Position numbers and translations under genes: made by a program. The notes under the pieces were generated by a model that saw only the letters and a list, made by a program, of their open reading frames with translations, searched no databases and had not been told where the DNA came from. Shown in pieces: positions 27,210 to 41,119 of a DNA stretch of 64,000 nt (the stretch's first letter is position 1; each line of letters begins with the position of its first letter). This DNA is from Octopus vulgaris (Eukaryota): contig OX597839.1 in the NCBI GenBank assembly GCA_951406725.2, positions 27,156,001 to 27,220,000 of the forward strand, given 5' to 3'.

Positions 27210-29084
27210 GTCTGAGTCACAGGAGTTGGAAGTGCCAATAGTTGAGGAGTCGAAGTCGGAGGTACCAATAGTTGAAGAGTCGGAGTTGGAGGTGGCAATA
27301 GTTGAGGAGTCGGAGTCGGAGGTGGCAATAGTAGAGGAGTTGGAGTCACCAATAGTTGAGGAGTTGGTTTCAGAGGTGCCAATAGTTGAGGAGTCAGAGT
27401 CGGAGGTGGCAATAGTAGAGGAGTCGGAGTCGGAGGTGGCAATAGTAGAGGAGTTGGAGTCGGAGGTAGCAATAGTTGAGGACTCGGAGTCGGAGGTACC
27501 AATAGTTGAGGAGTCGGAGGTGCCAATAGTTGAGGAGTCGGAGTCGGAGGTACCAATAGTAGAGGAGTCGGAGTCGGAGGTAGCAATAGTAGAGGAGTCG
27601 GAGTCGGAGGTGGCAATAGTAGAGGAGTCGGAGTCGGAGGTGGCAATAGTTGAGGAGTCGGAGTCGGAGGTGGCAATAGTAGAGGAGTCGGAGGTACCAA
27701 TAGTAGAGGAGTTGGAGTCGGAGGTGGCAATAGTAGAGGAGTCGGAGTCGGAGGTGGCAATAGTAGAGGAGTCGGAGTCGGAGGTGGCAATAGTAGACAG
27801 TCGTAGTCGGAGGTGGCAATAGTTGAGGAGTCGGAGTCGGAGGTGGCAATAGTTGAGGAGTCGGAGTCGGAGGTGGCAATAGTAGAGGAGTCGGAGGTAC
27901 CAATAGTAGAGGAGTCGGAGTCGGAGGTGGCAATAGTAGAGGAGTCGGAGTCGGAGGTGGCAATAGTAGAGGAGTTGGAGTCGGAGGTAGCAATAGTTGA
28001 GGACTCGGAGTCGGAGGTACCAATAGTTGAGGAGTCGGAGGTGCCAATAGTTGAGGAGTCGGAGTCGGAGGTACCAATAGTAGAGGAGTCGGAGTCGGAG
28101 GTGGCAATAGTAGAGGAGTCGGAGTCGGAGGTGGCAATAGTAGAGGAGTCGGAGTCGGAGGTGGCAATAGTTGAGGAGTCGGAGTCGGAGGTGGCAATAG
28201 TAGAGGAGTCGGAGGTACCAATAGTAGAGGAGTCGGAGTCGGAGGTGGCAATAGTAGAGGAGTCGGAGTCGGAGGTGGCAATAGTAGAGGAGTCGGAGTC
28301 GGAGGTAGCAATAGTTGAGGACTCGGAGTCGGAGGTACCAATAGTTGAGGAGTCGGAGGTGCCAATAGTTGAGGAGTCGGAGTCGGAGGTACCAATAGTT
28401 GAGGAGTCGGAGTCGGAGGTACCAATAGTAGAGGAGTCGGAGTCGGAGGTGGCAATAGTAGAGGAGTCGGAGTCGGAGGTGGCAATAGTTGAGGAGTCGG
28501 AGTCGGAGGTGGCAATAGTAGAGGAGTCGGAGGTACCAATAGTAGAGGAGTCGGAGTCGGAGGTGGCAATAGTAGAGGAGTCGGAGTCGGAGGTGGCAAT
28601 AGTAGAGGAGTCGGAGTCGGAGGTGGCAATAGTAGAGGAGTCGGAGTCGGAGGTGGCAATAGTTGAGGAGTCGGAGTCGGAGGTGGCAATAGTTGAGGAG
28701 TCGGAGTCGGAGGTGGCAATAGTAGAGGAGTCGGAGGTGGCAATAGTAGAGGAGTCGGAGTCGGAGGTGGCAATAGTAGAGGAGTCGGAGGTACCAATAG
28801 TAGAGGAGTCGGAGTTGGAGGTGCCAATAGTTGAGGAGTCGCAGTCGGAAGTGCCAATAGTTGAGGAGCCGGAGTCGGAGGTACCAATAGTTGAGGAGTC
28901 GGAGTCGGAGGTGGCAGTAGTTGAGGAGTCGGAGTCGGAGGTGGCAATAGTAGAGGAGTCGGAGTCGGAGGTGGCAATAGTAGACAGTCGGAGTCGGAGG
29001 TGGCAATAGTTGAGGAGTCGGAGTCGGAGGTACCAATAGTTGAGGAGTCGGAGTCGGAGGTACCAATAGTTGAGGAGTCGGAGG
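27210..29084 (+). repeat. 30/24-bp minisatellite (gaggagtcggagtcggaggtggcaatagta)n
   Basis: About 65 units read directly; the 24-bp variant lacks one tcggag. Confidence 0.95.
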
Positions 29085-29350
29085 ATGAAAGGCAGAGTCG
29101 ACCTCGCCGGAATTTGAACTCAGAACGTAGCGGCCGACGAAATACCTATTTCTTTACTACCCACAAGTGACTAAACACAGAGGGGACAAACAAACGGATC
29201 AAGTCGATTACATCGACCCCAGTGCGTAACTGGTACTTAATTTATCGACCTCGAAAGGATGGAAGGCAAAGTCGACCCCGGCGGAATTTGAACTCAGAAT
29301 GTAACGGCATTTCGCCTTGCGTGCTAACGATTCTGCCAGCTCACCACCTT

Positions 29351-29383
<33 letters not shown>

Positions 29384-29590
29384 CCTTACTAATATAAGTA
29401 CAAGGCCTGAAATTTTATGGGAGGGGTCCAGTAGATTAGATCGACGCCAGTACATAACTGGTGCTTAATTTATCGACCCCGAAGGGATGAAAAGCAAAGT
29501 CAACCTCGGCGGAATTTGAACTCAGAACGTAGCGGCCGACGAAATACCGCTAAGCGTTTCGCCCGGCGTGCTAACGATTCTGCCAGCTAA
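29083..29590 (-). mobile_element. SINE family B cluster
   Basis: Three cores of the same family, one with the short tail variant. Confidence 0.8.
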
Positions 29591-30315
29591 TCGCATTTTG
29601 GAGGTTTGAAACAACGATACAGCATTAGGTGGGCAGGTTGTTAAATAGAACTTTTATTAAGCGATGGGGAAGAAGAAAAAAAATGGGGAAAGATTAAGAT
29701 ACTGTAAAATTGGATAATCATACGGCGTGTGAATTAATGTGATTGGGAAAAACTGGCGTTGATAAAAAAACTGTTTGTTTATTGTCGGCTGTTGATGTGA
29801 ATTCCTGCAGAATTACGGTGGAGGTAATAGACAGGTCTGGACTTAATTGGAATCATAATGGACACGGCTTTAATTACATTGTTTGCAAATGTGGCACAGA
29901 TTAACTTGGAAATTAACTCAATAAACACAAATTAATACGAGAATAACACGGGATGAGGTGGCGGGCAGCGGGTGGGATTTTGGTATTGTTTACGAACCTT
30001 TATTGAATAACACGGAATTGGAAGAGGAAGAGAAAGAAAAGCAAAGACCTTTCGATTGATTAGATATTGGCTTTTAGATTGCGTGTTGAATGATAATCGA
30101 TTAATCTATTTATCTTCGATAGATTAACATTTGTTATCGGGATTGATTCGCTCTTCATATTTCAATCATTTGGAAATTCGTTCAGATGTTATTATGGGCT
30201 TCTGTTCTGCTAAATCTGAGGCTGGTGGTGCGCGGGGGGTGGATTGGAATGATTGGGGTAATCGGTGGTAGTGGTGGGTGGTGGTGGTGTTGGGGAGCTT
30301 GGCACAAAGCATTAG

Positions 30316-31050
30316 GTAAAGAAAGGGACCATCTAGATTTGACAGCGACTTCGACGTTTCGGTTTCAACCGTCTGATGGAGGAGAGCAAGTCGGAACTTC
30401 GAAGTCACTATCAAGCTTCCCCTTGAAAATCTGGTGGGTGCCGTCACAAGAAAATTAGGTAAAGAAAGCGATTGCTTAGGTCAGCAGTGACTTCGAAGGT
30501 TCGGTTTGTTCGCCTTCATCAGTCGAAACTTCGAAGTCACTGTCAACTGTTACCATGAAGATCTGGTGTGGGGGTGGGGTACCATTTTCAAGAAAATTAG
30601 GTAAAGAAAGCGATTGCCTAGGTCAGCAGTGATCTCGAAGTTTCGAAGTCACTGTCAACCGTTTCTTTGAAAATCTGGGGTGGGATACCATTTTCAAGAA
30701 AATTTGGTAAAGAAAGCGATTGCTTAAGTCGGCAGTGACTTCGAAGGTTCGGTTTGTTCGCCTTCATCAGTCGAAACTTCGAAGTCACTATCGACCGTTT
30801 CCATGAAGATCTGGTGTGGGGGTGGGGTACCATTTTCAAGAAAATTAGGTAAAGAAAGCGATTGCCTAGGTCAGCAGTGATCTCGAAGTTTCGAAGTCAC
30901 TGTCAACCGTTTCTTTGAAAATCTGGGGTGGGATACCATTTTCAAGAAAATTTGGTAAAGAAAGCGATTGCTTAGGTCGACAGGGATCTCGAAGTTGCGG
31001 TTTGTTTGTCTTCAGTCCAATGAAGGCTAACAAATCGAAACTTCGAGATC
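30316..31050 (+). repeat. Tandem repeat with alternating 142/106-bp units
   Basis: gtaaagaaag anchors at 30316, 30459, 30601, 30707, 30849, 30955. Confidence 0.9.
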
Positions 31051-31072
31051 AGTCATCATTTACTTTGAAAAG

Positions 31073-31434
31073 CCGAGGTCGACTTTACCTTTCATCCTTT
31101 CAGGGTCGATAAATTAAGTACCAGTTGCACACTGGGGTCGATGTAATCGACTTAATCTGTTTGTCTGTCCTTGTTTGTCCTCTCTATGTTTAGCCCCTTG
31201 TGGGTAGTAAAGAAATAGGTATTTCGTCTGCCGTAACCTTCTGAGTTCAAATTCCGCCGAGGTCGACTTTACCTTTCATCCTTTCAGGGTCGATAAATTA
31301 AGTACCAGTTACACACTGGGGTCGATGTAATCGACTTAATCCGTTTGTCTGTCCTTGTTTGTCCTCTCTGTGTTTAGCCCCTTGTGGGTAGTAAAAGAAA
31401 TAGGTATTTCGTCTGCCGTTACGTTCTGAGTTCA
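31073..31434 (+). mobile_element. SINE family B tandem units
   Basis: Units rejoined at gaaata|ggtatttcgtctgccg twice. Confidence 0.85.
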
Positions 31435-32078
31435 TAACGAGAAAAATAAATCTATAACAAATATTCCAAATATTCTATTTCAAAACTTTGGCAACTGAAA
31501 ATGGAATCATTCCAACTAAACTGTTGGGTCTATGTTGTGTTCTATTGTAGCCAATTGTACTCTATTTTGTACTCCCGTACTCTGTCGGTACTCTTTTGCG
31601 CTATATTGTACTCGTTTTATTATAAGCTACTGCTCTCGGCTGTATTCAATAAACGGTCGTATCTGAGAGAAGGTGGCGTCCAATATAAGACATGGCACCG
31701 GCCCTCTCTGTGTACCAGGTTTATAATAACTGTGCAGCCACCCGCCTTACCCCACCCCCCACCCGATACTAGAGGCGTTGGCGCCGTTAATGGTTCTCTT
31801 GAAACATTCCTTCGAAGTTGATGGTTGCAAGAAAATCAATTTATTGAGAAGGAACTTGGAAAAAAACCCTGATGTTCTGGAGATGTGGGTGGCGGTGGTG
31901 GGTATTAAGAACTGGACGAAGTGCTTAATTCTTCAACTGCGAAATTAAATTTCAGGGTTATTCCAGTAATGATGTTAAGCATCTACCAACACACACACAC
32001 ACGAACACACACACACACACACACACACACTGTGTGTGTGTGTGTATATATATGTGTGTGTGTATATATATATGTATG

Positions 32079-32109
<31 letters not shown>

Positions 32110-32232
32110 GTATCTATGTATATATATATATATGTATATGTATATATGTATATGTATATATGTATATATATGTATATATGTATATGTATATATGTATATA
32201 TATATATGTGTATATATGTATATGTATATATG

Positions 32233-32267
<35 letters not shown>

Positions 32268-32284
32268 GTATATGTATATATATG

Positions 32285-32329
<45 letters not shown>

Positions 32330-32395
32330 GTATATATATATGTATATATGTATATGTATATATATATATTTATATATATTATATATATGTATATA

Positions 32396-32440
<45 letters not shown>

Positions 32441-32557
32441 GTATATATATATGTGTATATATATATGTATATATATGTATATATAAGTATGTATGTATAT
32501 ATATGTATATATATGTATGTATATATATATGTATGTATATGTATGTATATATATATG

Positions 32558-32645
<88 letters not shown>

Positions 32646-33317
32646 TTATGTATGTATGTATGTGTATAGAATTAGTATTCTCTGCAAGTCACGTTGTCTC
32701 AATAGAACTTGACGTATCTCAACAAAAAAAGTTGTTTCAAACCTGATATTCCTCAACAAAAGATAGACTGGTTATAGAAAACTGCTTTCTGCTGTAAAAG
32801 GGGTAATTAAATTTTGAGCGGATATATCTGGTTTCCACGCTGAAAAAGTTAATCTACCAATACATATTTATCGTTTTATCTTTTGTTCCCAACGCCATCT
32901 TAATATATAAATATATATGTTTGTCTTTTGTTATATTGTAAATACTAAACAGATATATTTTTTTCATTTTTGTTATGTTCCAAACACCATTATAACCCTT
33001 TAAACTGTGGAATTAAATTTCATCCTTATTCCAGTAATGACGTTAAAATATATCTACCAAAAATCATAGAATTCGTGTCTTTCTGCAAGTCACGTTGTCC
33101 TCATAAACTTGACATATCTCAGCAGATAACAGCTTCAAACATGATATTCCTCAACAAAAGATAGAATAGTATATAAAACTGGGATCTTTTCGGTTTGAAC
33201 GGCAGTTTTTTCTAATGGTGTCATATGAAATCGTTTTACGAAAAAAACAAAAGACGAAGACATGTGGTGTACAAAACAAGCAGATGTATTAGTATAACGC
33301 TCAGGAATAGAAAAAGT

Positions 33318-33353
33318 CTTTTACGTTTCGAGCCTACGCTCTTCTACAGAAAG
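33318..33353 (-). ncRNA. Minimal hammerhead-like motif (CUGUAGA variant), family copy 1, within element ~33245-33412
   Basis: Minus strand: cttt CTGTAGA a gagc gtag gctc GAAA cg TA aaag. Confidence 0.6.
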
Positions 33354-33410
33354 GGACACAGAAAAACAAGGAGAGAAAAAATGAGTGTAGTGGCTAACGA
33401 TCTATCATGG

Positions 33411-33458
<48 letters not shown>

Positions 33459-33609
33459 CATTTTACCTTTCCCCATATAATACAGTAAATGAATTGATTA
33501 CATCGCAATCATTAACATTTATGTATTAACTTTGTTGGGTACTTCACTAGCAGTATATTGGATATATGATATCCCATGGAGGGTTGCATTTACAACCCCT
33601 ATCTCAATT

Positions 33610-33650
<41 letters not shown>

Positions 33651-33971
33651 GTACACATATAATGTAAAGAAACCACAAAAACCCTTGTGAAAAATAGCAA
33701 CCCAGGGTTTTGTGGACGAAATACATATCAGATCAACTTCAACATAAAAATAAAAAACATTGTCTTATGTATATAGAAAAATCACGTCAGTGATGGATGT
33801 GTCTTAATTTCAACTAAGATGTATTTTTTAAATGCGGATAGTAAGAAAAAAATACTTATTCCTAGTAGTTAAACATTCATTCGAGGTTCTTAAGTACTTC
33901 AAAAAGTATGAGGAGGGGGTGATTTGGCTGGTATTTCTAACATGTTGAACGAACATATAGAGGTAATGCAT

Positions 33972-34400
<429 letters not shown>

Positions 34401-34734
34401 TACCACACAGCCACTCCTGCGTATAGTGTTAAAAATACAGAAATATACCAGGAACGGACAAAAATTGTCCCATACCATTGGTGGTATTGCTAAAAAGCAT
34501 TTCTGTGTCGTTGAGCTTCGTCAGCAGCAAAACTCCACGAGCGACTGCTTGTTAAGACAAAAGCAGCCGCTATTTATATGGTAAGGCAGTGATTGAAAAA
34601 TCCCTGGAGTCGCAGTTAGTCGGTTGGCTGAACGAATATTTTAAAAGTATATTTGGGATGTTTGTTTACCTGCGTGAGTCCTGCTGAGAGGGGAGTCCTG
34701 ATTTTAGAGGGGAGATAGAGGTAGACAGACAGAC

Positions 34735-34813
<79 letters not shown>

Positions 34814-34960
34814 AACAGGTAGAGAGGTAGATAGAAACAGATAATGATAGAGAGAAAGAGAGAGATATACATATAGAGAGATAAATTAGATAAATATATA
34901 TGTAGGTACGTTAGGTAGGTAGGTGGGTAGTTAGATAGATAGAGAGAGAGAGAGAGAAAG

Positions 34961-34992
<32 letters not shown>

Positions 34993-35082
34993 AAAGATAT
35001 AGATAGATAGATAGAGAGAGAGAGAGAAAGAGATAGATAGATAGAGAGAGAGAGAAAGAGATAGGTAGATAGATAGAGAAAG

Positions 35083-35145
<63 letters not shown>

Positions 35146-35153
35146 TGGATAGG

Positions 35154-35249
<96 letters not shown>

Positions 35250-35520
35250 GAAAGAGAGAGAGAGAAGATTTTCTTTCACTGGTAAATGTTTATTGAAAAC
35301 ATTAATCGTTTCCCCATCCCAACGACGAACGTAGCAGACGACCACTAGTTACACTGGATTCTAGTGGTTTTATTTACATTTTACGATGTTTATTTTGTAA
35401 GTAAATGATTGAGGTATGGAGTGAAGTGCAAATTCCGACCTTGTCGACTATACTTGCTTACAAAAATATTTATATCCGTTATATATACGAGCAGAAAGAC
35501 CGTTATATATACTAGCATAA

Positions 35521-35745
35521 GGCGGTGAGCTGGCAGAATCGTTAGCACGTCGGACGAAATGCTTAGCCGTATTTCGTCTGCCGTTACGTTCTGAGTTCAA
35601 ATTCCCCCGAGGTCGACTTTGCCTTTCATCCTTTCGGGGTCGATAAATTAAGTACCAGTTACGCACTGGGGTCGATGTAATCGACTTAATACCTATGTCT
35701 GTCCTTGTTTGTCCCCTCTGTGTTTAGCCCCTTGTGGACAATAAA
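35521..35745 (+). mobile_element. SINE family B copy (others at ~14875-15078, ~23025-23255, ~47355-47585, ~50320-50752, ~51858-52070)
   Basis: Near-identical to the reverse complement of 307-521. Confidence 0.85.
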
Positions 35746-35761
35746 GATATATATATATATA

Positions 35762-36320
35762 CTAGCAGAAAGACCGCCCTCCGGACGGTTTTCTGCTAGC
35801 CCCTTGATAATATTTTCACATTTGATTCCCAATTCTAGTAATTTTTATATTTTACGTCTAATTATTTCTTTGTATAATAGTGCTCACTTGCTTAGTAAGT
35901 ATTGCTTTCACTGTTGTGGCTTCAGGGTATATAGGGATTTTAGGGTAGGAGAAAGAATTTTTACCGAGGGGGTAGAGAGAGAAGTCTTGGAAAATTCCTC
36001 ATAACTTTCAGGAAGATGTGTATCTTTTAATGAAAATTTATACAAATCTCTTTCAAACGGCACAGATTACGATTATAAAGAAATTTGTGGGGAAAATTTT
36101 TTCAGGGATTTTACTAATTTTTTTTACAAACCACAGCCTTCGAAATGATTGGGTGGGGTGGACATCTTTGTATGAAAACAGTTTTGTAAACTCTTTTTTC
36201 TTTTTCGCTCCCTCCCTCTGGACCTATTTTGGCCAATTTTTTTTTAACTTCAAAACCATGGAAAGAGCAATTTCGATAAAATTTCTTTTTAAAATTGTTA
36301 ATATTTTCAGAGGGGAAAAG
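35762..36320 (-). mobile_element. Probable Helitron (3' end at 35762; far boundary uncertain)
   Basis: Minus strand accgtccggagggcggt hairpin followed by ctttctgCTAG|t. Confidence 0.5.
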
Positions 36321-37673
36321 TGAATAATTTAAGGTCGATTTGGCTGTTGTTTCTAGCATTTCCAAAGACAACCCTCCTAGTTTCTTTATAACGCTCGCAT
36401 GTATTGATGTTTTTAAATATATTTTCCCCCGTAAATACATTTATATGCTATGAAAAAAAAAGAAAATTTGAGAAATTATGAATTTTTTGCAACCCCACTC
36501 CGATTGTTTCTGTTTAGAAATTAAAATACTGGAGAGCCTGAGGCCATTGCTGGCATTTATCCACAGTGATTTTAAAAAAAAGTACGGAGATGTACTTGCA
36601 TAGCAAGTGACTTGATCTGAGATCGTGTGCTGAAACAAAACCAATTGCAGCGTGGAAGATGTTTGTAAGCCATTCAAGAACACACAGAAACCCTTAGTTT
36701 CACGACACTACTTAAATACAGAGGCCCCGATGCATCTACGTTGCAGTATGAAGGGTAGGGTTAGTTTTAGGGTTAGGGTTAGGGTCCACACAACGAACAT
36801 TAAAAATGTGTTGTACGTAACGGCTGTATTTAAGCAGAACCAGTTTCACTTCGACATTAAAATTTCATTTGTGTCAAAATATTTTCTTTGCTTCGAAACC
36901 GCCACCTGTTCTCCGACAAAACTTCGCGAAATTAATGCAGCACGAAGTTTTGTCAGTGAACAGCAATCACACACACACACACACAAGTACAACAAGGGAG
37001 CGCCTGGGTAACTGGGGCAGAGAAACAAGCACAAGGGTCTACCAAGATTTCCGTTTTCTTGCCGATGTCGAAGTTTTTTTTGTTTTTTGATATTTTAGAC
37101 AGATCGATCAGTGAGTCTCACACACACACACACACACACACATGCACACACACATACAGAGACAGACAGACACACACAGACACACACACACACACACACA
37201 CAGAGTAGTTAAAATTTGCTGCTTTACGCAACCTCCTCCCCGCCTCCTCCTCCACCTCCCTATATTTTCGGTCCAATGACATTTCGCGAGTTCCCTCCCC
37301 TCTTGTCGCAGACTTCCTTTTTCTCGCTTGGGGTTGCGTAATCTCTATTGATTAAATATTATTTTCAGATCTCCCCCCCCCCCGCTCTCTCTCTCTCTCT
37401 ACATTAATTATTCTGCACTTCATGGTAAGTAGCGTGCACTTAATTATGTGTTCTTCGTTAAGTAGCTCCCATGGGAAATTATATATATATATACACACAC
37501 ATATGTATATGTATATATGCGTGTGTATGTGTATGTGGGTTCGTTTTTATGTGTGTTTGAGGTGTACATCCATAAATCCATCCATACAGACATATACATC
37601 CATATATATAGATTCATACGCACACACACACACACACACATATATATATACGCATACATACATACATACATAC

Positions 37674-37723
<50 letters not shown>

Positions 37724-37770
37724 GCCTATATATATAGATATACATATGCATACACACACACATATATCTG

Positions 37771-37827
<57 letters not shown>

Positions 37828-37862
37828 ATATATATATATATGTGTGTGTATATATATATATA

Positions 37863-37907
<45 letters not shown>

Positions 37908-38017
37908 AGAGATAGACGGATAGACAGACAAATATATAGATAAATAGACAGACAGATAGGTAGACAGATATACAGACAGACAGATAGATAGATAGACAGA
38001 TAGATAGACAGACAGAC

Positions 38018-38078
<61 letters not shown>

Positions 38079-38104
38079 TACAGACAGACATATAGATAGA
38101 TAGG

Positions 38105-38161
<57 letters not shown>

Positions 38162-38786
38162 TAGAAGCGCTAAGCAATGATGTGTACAAGTATAAACTTT
38201 TTGTTTAAAATATACTCAGGTCCTATTCGAACCCTCAAGAAAGCGATTTACTACTTTGTCATAGAGAAAGCTTTTTGCTGTAGACGAAAAGGTTGTAAAC
38301 ACACCGAACCAGTGCGGACAGCTCTGTGCACAGAGCGATGAATGCATGCATTTCGAGGTAGTTATCTGCTCCTCAGTATCAGACACTAGTAAGAGACACT
38401 CTCCGAACTGGTTACAGGGTGTCAGGCCATGCTTATTATATTCCCTCAGAACTGAAGTGCAGTGAATGACTTTCTTACGAGTTCGAATATACACCAAGCA
38501 TATTTGAACTGGTAACAAGTTTATATTGATATGTTTGTTTATGTGTGTGTGTGTCTGTGTGTGTGATATGATTAACCAATTGGTTAACGATAAAGAAGTG
38601 ATATTGAACCAGTGCGTGTGTCATTGGCGTGATGTCCCACCCAGGACACAACAAGATTTGTATCAACCAATAAATTCACATCAAGAATCTTGCATAACAA
38701 ATACAAAAGTGACGTTTGTGTGTGTGTGTGTGTGTGTGTTTGTGCGTGTAATATATTATATACCAGATGATTATACATGGGTGTGT

Positions 38787-39190
38787 ATCACTGCATCACG
38801 GTTTCGGCCAGACTCTCAGATGTTGTTATATATCGCTGGTTACAGTGCACCTCCAGTTATTTCTTGATTGCACCATTCTTTTCCATATTGGCGGAAATCG
38901 TTTTAACCGAATCGTCTTCACGTCGCGGTGGAGACCTTTCAGGTGGCCTTATTCGATCTCCTGGATACCATTGGGAAACTTCACGGGTCCACCTGTTGTC
39001 TGTGAACCTCGCAACAGAATCATCCAACGGAATTTGTACTTTAGGATAAGATTGATTTCCATTGGTTTCGTGTCGAGAGAAATATCTCTCAACAATTGGA
39101 TGAAAACACGTCATCCAAGATGGAGACGAAAACCAACGGTCCATCGTACAGACTTGAATAATCGTTGAAACATGAAACCTATGGTAGTCT
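38787..39190 (-). mobile_element. RTE LINE 3' end including 3' tail
   Basis: VARFTDNRWTREVSQWYPGDRIRPPERSPPRREDD resembles the RTE ORF C-terminus. Confidence 0.8.
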
Positions 39191-39224
39191 GGTTACCCCA
39201 CGAATAAAGCATACTCTCTTTACT

Positions 39225-40196
39225 CTTTTACTCTTTTACTTGTTTCAGTCTGCGGCCATGCTGGAGCACCACCTTTAGTCTAGCAAATCGACCCCGGGAC
39301 TTATTCTTTGTAAGCCCAGTACTTATTCTATCGGTCTCATTTGCCGAACCACTAAGTGACGGGGACGTAAACACACCAGCATCGGTTGTCAAGCAATGCT
39401 AGGGAGACAAACACAGACACACAAACGCAGTGGGACTGAACCCGGAACCATGTGGTTGGTAAGCAAGCTACTTACCACACAGCCACTCCTGCGCCTATGT
39501 ATCATTTTAACTAACCTGAATTTTGTTTATACCTAAACAGTGCTTGGCGCTAACATTTCGTTATTTCCCTCGCTCGGTCGATCTACCAGCGCAAATCAGT
39601 CAATATTGTTGACTGAATTTTACATGAAGCTGTTGCTTTATAAGTTTGTTCAGAGTTGCCGCTCTTGAATACATCCCATTGACAAGAGTCAGAAAATCCG
39701 AAACGTCGATGTCTGGGATTCTTTCTCCACGATAAATGTAATGCATCACAAACATATTATAACTAACCTAAATTTTGCACATATATATATATATATGTAG
39801 GCGCAGGAGTTGCTGTGTGGTAAGTAGCTTGTTTACCAACCACATGGTTCCGGGTTCAGTCCCACTGTGTGGCACCTTGGGCAAGTGTCTTCTACTATAG
39901 CCTTGGGCGCCAACCAAAGCCTTGTGAGTGGATTTGGTAGACGGAAACTGAAAGAAGCCCGTCGTATATATGTATATATATATGCGTTTGTGTGTTTGTG
40001 TTTGTCCCCTAGCATTGCTTGACAACCGATGCTGGTGTGTTTACGTCCCCGTTACCTGGCGGTTCGGCAAAAGAGACCGATATAATAAGTACTTGGCTTA
40101 CAAAAGAAAAAGTCCCGGGATCGAGTTGCTCGATTAAAGGCGGTGCTCCAGCATGGCCACAGTCAAATGACTGAAACAAGTAAAAGAGTAAAAAGA

Positions 40197-40232
<36 letters not shown>

Positions 40233-40407
40233 TTCTTTTATTTGTTTCACTCATTTGACTGCGACCGTGATGGTGCACCGCCTTTAGTCGGGCAAATCGA
40301 CCCCAGAACTTATTCTTTGTAAGCCGATTACTTATTCTATCGGTTTCTCTTTTGCCGAACCGCTAAGTTACGGGGACGTAAACACACCACCATCAGATGT
40401 TGGGGAA

Positions 40408-40448
<41 letters not shown>

Positions 40449-40598
40449 GACGGGCTTTCCGCCTACCAAATCCACTGACAAGGCTTTAGTTGATCTGAGG
40501 CCATGTTGGAAGACACTTGCCCAAGGTGCCACGCAGTAGGACTGAACCAGGAACCATGTGGTTGGTAAGCAAGCTACTTACCACACAACCACTTCTGC
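39225..40598. mobile_element. Cluster of three SINE family A copies (-,+,-)
   Basis: Copies at ~39225-39495, ~39799-40197, ~40235-40598. Confidence 0.85.
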
Positions 40599-40710
40599 AC
40601 ACACACACACACACACATATATGGGGGAGAATTCACAAAAATAAAACAAAAAACGAAGACAGGTGGTGTAGACAACAAACAGATGTTTAACGCTCGGGAA
40701 GTGAAAAAGT

Positions 40711-40747
40711 CTTTAACGTTTCGAGCCTACGCTCTTCCACAGAAAAG
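40711..40747 (-). ncRNA. Minimal hammerhead-like motif (CUGUGGA variant), family copy 2, within element ~40625-40860
   Basis: Minus strand: ctttt CTGTGGA a gagc gtag gctc GAAA cg TT aaag. Confidence 0.55.
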
Positions 40748-41032
40748 AAAACACAGAAAGAAACAAAGAGAGAAAATAAAAAATGTTTAGTGGCTAGCGA
40801 TCTATCATGGCGAATGCCGGACAGAGGGCTCACACAGGGGAGCTAGGAAGAAGGGGAGATATACACGACATGCTTCTTTCAGTTTCCGTTTACGAAATCA
40901 ATTGAAAAGCCTGTGGTCGTGTCGGGGTTATAGTAGAAGATAATTGCCCAAGTTTCCACGCAGTGGGATTGCTCTTCAAAGCCTGTGATTGAGAAGCAAG
41001 CTTCTTACCACACGACCACGCATGCGCCTACA

Positions 41033-41119
<87 letters not shown>

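Noticed and set aside
27188-29066. Long ORFs (622, 527, 398 aa) of EESESEVAIV / PPPTPTPLLL / YYCHLRLRL repeats
   Set aside because: Translations of a 30-bp minisatellite, open in several frames, with frameshifting units and no unique domain.
27210-29084. CRISPR-like regular array
   Set aside because: No unique spacers, no cas genes, eukaryotic context.
30485-30540. CTGATGA on the minus strand of the 142-bp repeat
   Set aside because: Followed by GAAG rather than GAAA, with no stem III or stem I closure.
36753-36785. Telomeric TTAGGG repeats
   Set aside because: Only three or four units; too short to call an interstitial telomere.
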